64,000 nucleotides of DNA from Eledone cirrhosa (taxonomy: Eukaryota), in NCBI GenBank assembly GCA_964016885.1, contig OZ024742.1:172360001-172424000 (forward strand), written 5' to 3'. Under the pieces are notes generated by a model. It did not search any database, was not told the DNA's origin, and saw only the letters and a list, made by a program, of their open reading frames with translations. A program made the translations under genes and the position numbers. Positions 56,657 through 64,000 of this stretch are shown piece after piece; position 1 is the first letter of the stretch, and every line of letters starts with the position of its first letter.

Positions 56657-57124
56657 TAGACCTGAAAAATGCGCAAGCTCAGAAGAGCCACAGAATGTTA
56701 TAATAAACCTTCAAAAGTGTGGGACTAGAGTTGTTGCTAATAAATATTGTAATCATTTTCTATTGTACACTCATAACTCAAGACGACACGATCATTATTT
56801 AAGCTAATGTGCAATATTTCATATTAAATGTTTAGTAATGATTAATACGAAATGCACTTATACCTAATTTTATATTATAAATTCACTTAAATAATTATTG
56901 TGTCGTCTTGAGTTCGTTATGAGTCTCTTTTTTCATAAAAGGATGCCACAAAAGATGAGTGTACGATAGATAATGATTACAATATTTTTGAGTAACAACT
57001 CTAGTCCCACACTTTTGAAGATTTATTATAACATTCTGTGGCTCTTTTGAGCTTGCGCATTTTTCAGGTCTAATTTAATATTTTTTTAAGTCAACGCTTG
57101 TAATAACTCTAGTTAAACATGGTA
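56657..57124. repeat. Fold-back unit between TA tracts, no HHR seen
   Basis: ~56657-56803 inverts ~56886-57072 (with an indel). Right tail to 57124. Confidence 0.8.
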
Positions 57125-57559
57125 TATATATTAATAATAAATTATCGCTGTAATGTAATTAGATTATAAAATTCCTATTTTATAAATGATCTTATACATA
57201 TTATTTTAAGATGTATAAAAATATTTTCAGACTTTTAATAGTTAATATATATTTAAAAAATCATATATAAATTAACTATATAACTTAACAAAACGAGAAA
57301 AATATTTTGATGATAAACGACGAAATACTGGAGGAAGATTCGAGAGCGAAACGATCAATAAACGTGCAAACAAAGTGGAGGGTGCTTTTGAGCAACAATT
57401 ACTCTCATTGGTTTATTAGCCAATAAGATGATACATTACAGAAGATGTTTGGGAGGTATCACCACGGCCAGCTATACTCCTTGAATTTTTTATTCACAAG
57501 CTACGCATGTATGTCATGTCACAGACACGCAGACTTAAAACATTCTGTTGTTAGTCACT

Positions 57560-59700
57560 GCGTGCCTAACAGATATACGACCGGTCGATGTGTTCTTCCG
57601 TAACTGGTCTACGTGTTTGAAGTATCCATGGGTGCAGCAGTTATATCAGTCAATCGTCTTTGCTAATTGCCGATCCATCATATATGTATATACTTTTTTG
57701 TGGATGATAATGATCATTTTGAATCATAAATTCCCTAGTTTCCTTTCTGTGGCCTCTATGGTAATCTCAATATCTCGACTACGGCATCTGTCAACATGTT
57801 TTGTAAAAGAAGCCTCGTCGTAATGTGCTCCTTGGCTCGATACTTCTGATGTGTGAGGAGCTGTATTATTTTAGATTTGACCTCTTACACGACATACGCT
57901 CTCGTACATAATTCTGCGTTGTTGGTGGGACAATTATGAAGTTTGCACATATCCTTGTATGCAGGTTTGTCTCTGGTTTCTTAATGAATATCCCGAGTGT
58001 GTCAGCTGTATAATCAAACCCACCCTACCGATGAGTTGTCTTGTGGCAGCTGTCGTCTTCTCATGCGGCAGGCTTAGGTAACATATGTTATCTATAGATG
58101 CGCGTGTCCTATTTGTTACTTTAAGTGCTACTGACTTGATGTAACTGTTTGGTGGTTCAAGTTGGGTAACCGTTCTGGTGGGAACCTCCTAGAATTACAC
58201 CGTGCTGATACTTTTATCACTGCCCTCGTTGCATCTGTTTTATATTAGGCAGATCTTATTCTGTATATAGGCACTTTTAGGTCTGTAAAGAAGGGCAGAT
58301 TTATTGTGCCTAAATATTTTGGTAAACATACGTATTGTAGGATGTTGTGCATATGGATACCTCTTATGTGAATCTTTGTGCGAAGTTGAATATCTAGTGG
58401 CGTCTGGGTTATCAACCTCAGAATTCATGCGTGCGTCTACGTTTCCGAAGACATTGTGAATCTCGATGGATTCCCTACATGCTGAAATGAAGAGACGGAT
58501 ATCATCCACATACACAGATAAGAAGGCAGGTTGTGAATTATGTGCACACCAAGTGGCCGATGTAAGCGATGGCCAGCAGGACTGAGAAACTTGAACCCTT
58601 TGGAAGTGCCGAAATTTGTTTTTAGATGGAACCTTCAAACCGGAAAATATGTGTCGTACATGAAGACAGAGAGCAGCTCGTAGATGTCAGCAGCAGTGAG
58701 TCGGAAACAGAAGAGAGTGGTAGAGGTGAAGATGTTGTCTTTTATTAGGTTGATAATCGGGAGGGGGGACAGAGGTGTAGAGGTGTGTGCGTCTAATCTA
58801 AATAAATATAGGCTCTGTCTAACTGTTGTCGGTAAAGTCCTTTTACAGTGTAAAGGATAGGTTATAGAAATCTGGAGAGAGCCAGAACATTTTGTAGAAA
58901 AGACCGTTTATGACGGAAACAAAACGTCTAATTTTAACTTGGCCTGTTTTGTCTGTTTAATAAGATGGTAAATGGGGGAGAGCATACTGATTCTGGGGAT
59001 GAACACGAGTTTAATTCGACTAGGGAGTCTTCTGTGGTTACACATATTAGTCCAGCTGGTTTTAATGGTGACGTTTAGTTAGCTAGGCATGATGTTGTTT
59101 TTAACCTTACTGTATAGATTAGCGTTATACATATGTTCGAGCGCTAGTTATGTGTAGTGTTCCGCTCAATAACGTGGAATTCTCTACTTTTGTCTGATAG
59201 GAGGTATATTTTGTCGAACGCACGTCTCTTAGAGTGATAAGCTGGGTCCTAGAAGGTTTCAAGAAAGAAAAAAGTACGTCTGTAAAATCTTTGAGATTGA
59301 GTCCCTATGTCTAAATTGTTTAGCGTTATGTAGTTCGCCATCGCATTGATGGTGCCTACAGTGGTTTTGGTAATGCTTGCGTTTGTTTTGTAAGTGCCAG
59401 GGCTGGTTGTGAGAGCTGTCAGCCACTTCAACTGATATGCCGTTCTACAAAAGTTGGCCACTATGTCAAGTTTTCTTTTCCATATATAGCGTTGAACTAC
59501 AATGAATTTTGATCCATGGCTTTGCAAATCCAATTTCCTAGTTGTGAGGGAGTCAAATAGATCAATTACCCGTGGTTTGTTTGTAGTTTCGTTAATGGTG
59601 TCAGTAGTTCCAACGTGGAGATTTTTATCGTGTACAAATAGATTGAAATAGCAAATATTAATCGTTTAGTGTAGTTGAGAATAGCGAGGTAGCTTACCTG
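57560..59700 (-). mobile_element. Old, heavily decayed PLE (Penelope/Poseidon-like)
   Basis: Minus-strand motifs in the expected order: KIRRFVSVING..YKM.W (~58880-58930), GTSKGSSFSVLLA (~58570-58610), VYVDDI (~58499-58516), FIKKPETNLHTRI (~57950-57988). 57575-57658 has an inverted copy at 56389-56480. Confidence 0.6.
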
Positions 59701-60120
59701 GTAGAGTAAATGTAGGTAATTTGTGTATACACGATGAGCTTCCCATCACCGTCGAACAACAAATTTATTTTCCAGGCATTGGACAACCAAATGATATAGT
59801 AGAAGGCAATTGCTCAAGGTTGTACGTGGGACTGACCACAACACCACACCTTAACAGCATTTATATGAATTTTCCCGTAACGTGTCAAATACATTAGAAA
59901 AACAAGGACTATAGGCCCTGCTTATGTGTTTTATTCTATTTCCTTGATTTTCTTAAGCTCATTAAAAAAATGTATTGAAATTGTTACACGATATATATAG
60001 CGTTTAAATTTGAGGTGTAATCTCAAATATCGGTCGTAAAAAAAAACACTACGTATATCGTTATAGAACTGATTTTCTTTGGATGTTTTAAGAAAAGTAT
60101 ATAACACACCCACACAATAG

Positions 60121-60153
<33 letters not shown>

Positions 60154-61394
60154 CACACACATACACACACACACACGCGCGCGCGCCCGCGCACGCACAC
60201 CCACCCACACACACACCCACACACACGCGAGCACACACACACACACCCACACCCCCCCACACGCACACACACCCACACCCCCACACACACACACACACCC
60301 ACGCGCGATCATACACATACACACAGACAGACACACACACACACACGCGCGCGCACCCAAACACTCCGTTTGTATCCACCATTATGGTTACATTTGTTTA
60401 TGATGAGATTTCCAGAGTGAACGATATATTTAACTAGATAAGCGTGTGTTCATATTTTCTCTTTTACCTACAACTAGCTTAATAAACAAACGCAGTATTG
60501 CACATCTGTTTCAATTTAAGTCATCTGATTCTCATTGTTCATGCATATACTGCATATCCTTATTTCTAATGCAACACGGGTTTAATACGTTTAGACAAGC
60601 ACTGTTTAGCTAAGCAGTACATCGGCAACATTATATCAACTTCTAAGGGGGACATACACAAACAAGGTTTCATATACATTCTACCTTCTCAAACTTAGAT
60701 GAATGAAATACAGGTAATATGAAAAATATGAGGCGGTATCCTCTCAAACATAAGAGTCTGTAAATCCATTGGGAGATTAAAACAGCGAAATATGCATACA
60801 TAATTAGACATCTATAGTTATACACGCGCAATTTTGTCTATCACGAAACAAAAACAATCGCAATTTCTTAACGAATCTTAACAAAAGCATTTTCAGTGAT
60901 TCTGATCATTTAACAGAATAGTATATTGAATATTCTCAATAAAGTAAAGACGCAAGGGTTAGTTAAAAATGTAGACTCACAATTGTAAGGCCATTAATTG
61001 AGCATTATTATTATCGGTCCACATCTTGAGCATTATTATTATTTCCCGTTGCTTCCATTCAATAAAATCAAGAAAACGAGCTGCAATAACAATGGAGTAA
61101 ATCTCTATTAGTTTTTGTCTTTTGTTTGAACAGCAAAAGTAGCATGGAGTGAGTAGACTAACATGTATGGATAGCTGTTGGTGTTCTATAAACATATAGC
61201 TCAGGCTTGAACAGTGGAGGGGAATCTTCCTTATGCAAACCGATGGTCATTCATAACCGAAGGCCGCATAGCGTATTCTTTTGATTGTATTTAATTGCAT
61301 TTTAGAAATTACATTTAATATTCTGATTATCTAATCATATGAAATAACGTAAGTATAGTTAATGCATTTTTCCTGCTACAAAATTGCATCAACG

Positions 61395-61448
<54 letters not shown>

Positions 61449-61846
61449 ATTGGCAACGTAGTAAAATCCGTCTAGTTGAATATGATATTGTCCCGATTGC
61501 AGTGCAGTGTGTATGACGGATCTATTTTATGATCAACATTTGAACACTAAGCATATCACACAACCTGAGTTATAGATTTAATTTGAATCTAATATGAAAC
61601 ATAACTGAGATTTGGGACATTTTCAAAGGAATCTATGAACCGTGTAAGCTATCTGTTCATTGTCTAAGACTATAACGTTATTTGATCTGAGGAAAGAGAT
61701 GTTCTTTTACTATAATTTTGTTTCAGTCTCCAGGGCACTGCTTTCATGTTCACTTGAATTAATACCATGAAATGCAAGTATCTTGCTGAGTGAGAACATG
61801 AGAGAGTGGGGGATAGGGAGCGATAAAGTAAGACAGAGTGAGAGAG

Positions 61847-61942
<96 letters not shown>

Positions 61943-62973
61943 AATGAATGCAATATTTTAATAATGAATTTGAAAACAATATGACCTGAGTGAAATAGAG
62001 AAAGGTAGAATTACAGGTTGTAATATCGAACTACCGACTGTTTGACCAGAAGGATATTATTCTCTCCACCGAATGTCATATAAATCTGCTTATGAAAACA
62101 GTATACAATCGCTATAATTGTAATATCCTTGGTAAATATTGCTTCATAAGCAATCGGGAATGTTCATACTGTGAATGTCAATTAACAATTCCCAATCATC
62201 ACAGTTAATAATAATTTAACTTCAGTAACAACATAAAAAATAACTTGAAAATATATATTATATATTTTTGTATGTGTAACAATTATGATTTTCACGACAA
62301 ATCAGAAATATAAGTTACGAATAATAAAGAAATTAAAGTGTTTATTTACATCATATACTGCGTGGTGTTCGAAAGAATGTTGATCTGCCCTTCAGCAGGA
62401 AACTTAACTATACATACGTCTTACAGACGTTGAAACATTGTGAAGTAATCGTTATTTAATGAATAAATACATTTCTATCGAATCCATTCCTATACGACGT
62501 TACATTATTGTTGTGCATTGAAATGTTTTTGTCTTATCTTTAATTCGATATGTCGGTCAGATGTTTGCTGTGTATTACACTGTGAATTTAATTCTTTGAA
62601 ACAACAAGCGAAGTAAATTGTTATCACTCAACGTTGTAACAATTCTTTCTGTACATTGATTTTCTTCGGCTCTTTGATCTGAAATCTTTCAGTGAAATGT
62701 TCTTAGAATCTTACACACCTAAACGTTTACACGTTCAACAATTCTAATATCAATTGAAGACAGATGACATTTTGTACGGACCTGATAAGATTATATAACA
62801 ATGGCGATTCTTAAATGTATAAACAAATATTAATAGTGACACCACCAAACGTTATGCGTCAATTCAAATTCATACAATGTATACATAAAACATAAAGGCA
62901 AAATTTAATTAGGCATATGCATTCAGTAAATCTCACTATGTCAGGGGATTCATTTGTTATTTTTAGTTTGCAG

Positions 62974-63004
<31 letters not shown>

Positions 63005-63005
63005 G

Positions 63006-63095
<90 letters not shown>
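62974..63095. repeat. Compound (CTA)n(TAA)n trinucleotide tract at the LINE 3' end
   Basis: Direct reading. Confidence 0.95.
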
Positions 63096-63097
<2 letters not shown>

Positions 63098-64000
63098 CTT
63101 GCTTTATTAATCACAAGGGTCTACATAAAGTAGACATTAAGGACAGTACAGGACAATACAGGGCGGTACAAAAGGGCATTTCTGCGTGTAAAAAACACGA
63201 AACAGAGGATGTAATAATAGAACAATGAAAAAAATTCCCCAATGGGGGGGAGAATTCTGAGGGACGTACGTTGAGAAAGCCCATTAAAAAGCCACAGTGA
63301 CCCTGACCACCAGGGCAAGTGACTTCTCCCAGTTTTCCACCTTTAATTTACAGACACATACTTAGAGTAGGCCCATTCACTCGGGCCATTCTTGCCTCTC
63401 TCACCCATCTTTCAACAAAATGCTGGGAAGAGAGCACTTCCCTTTCTACCCTGATTTTCCTTTTCAAATGAAATTTGAAAAAGTTAATCAGGGCATCACC
63501 GAAGAGGTAAGTGCTCGTCTTCAGCCCTTTCAAACGTGTCAACCATACTATCTCTTTCGCCATGGCCACCAGACAAATAAAAACTGCCTGCCCTTCCCGG
63601 CTAAAGGAAGAGAGCGGGGCAATCCTCACGATGGACTCAGCTGATAGCCGGATCCGTCCTACACGCGACAGCAGGTGTTCGACATAAACCCACAAGTCAG
63701 CAATGCTCGGGCACTGGACGAGTGCGTGCAGGACGGTTTCGTCGCCCTGCGCGCTCTCGGACATGCCCGGCTGACGGCACCTCCATGCCTGTACAGTTTA
63801 TCCCGAACTGGCAAAGCTCCTCGGTAGCGTTGCCAGGCCAGGGATTTCTGGAAGTTGTCCATAGGCCCCGGCCCGAAAGTTCTTCCGAAGAGATTGGCTA
63901 GTTGATTTTGGTCGACGCCTAAATTTTCCCCAAGTACGTCGTCGCTCTTCCCCTCCACTAATCCTCTATAGAACGCCAAGGTGGAGTTTCCACCGATCAC
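63096..64000 (-). mobile_element. Tx1/L1-clade LINE 3' end (zinc-binding domain downstream of RT); runs off the window
   Basis: LAWQRYRGALPVRDKL..HG...ACPR / ETVLHALVQCP...W...IVWLTR...FVERW, with one frameshift near 63750. Confidence 0.85.

Noticed and set aside
60965-61195. Possible host exon ending in GTGAGT on the minus strand
   Set aside because: No recognisable protein similarity or partner exons, and it contains a local duplication.

Overview
Eukaryotic, very AT-rich, microsatellite-dense DNA with no recognisable host gene. The recurrent tRNA-derived SINE resembles octopus SINEs as I recall them, so an octopod cephalopod is likely (inference). Nearly all ORFs in the supplied track are (TA)n/(CA)n/(GA)n artefacts. 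The real coding remnants are transposon-derived: at least four Penelope-like element (PLE) lineages (RT + GIY-YIG), a CRE-type RLE LINE, RTE and Tx1/L1 LINE ends, a Chapaev3-like transposase and a Helitron 3' end. The most striking pattern is a dense population of short non-coding units from many unrelated families, each sitting in a (TA)n tract. They are typically fold-backs (inverted arms plus a one-sided tail) and often carry a type I hammerhead ribozyme (HHR) followed by AATAAA. I read about a dozen HHR families by eye, including core variants (UUGAUAA, CAGAAGA), long stem II insertions and a branched stem I. One unit with the same architecture carries a tRNA-like cloverleaf with Pol III A/B boxes and no visible HHR. 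All structures were read by eye; none were computed or searched.
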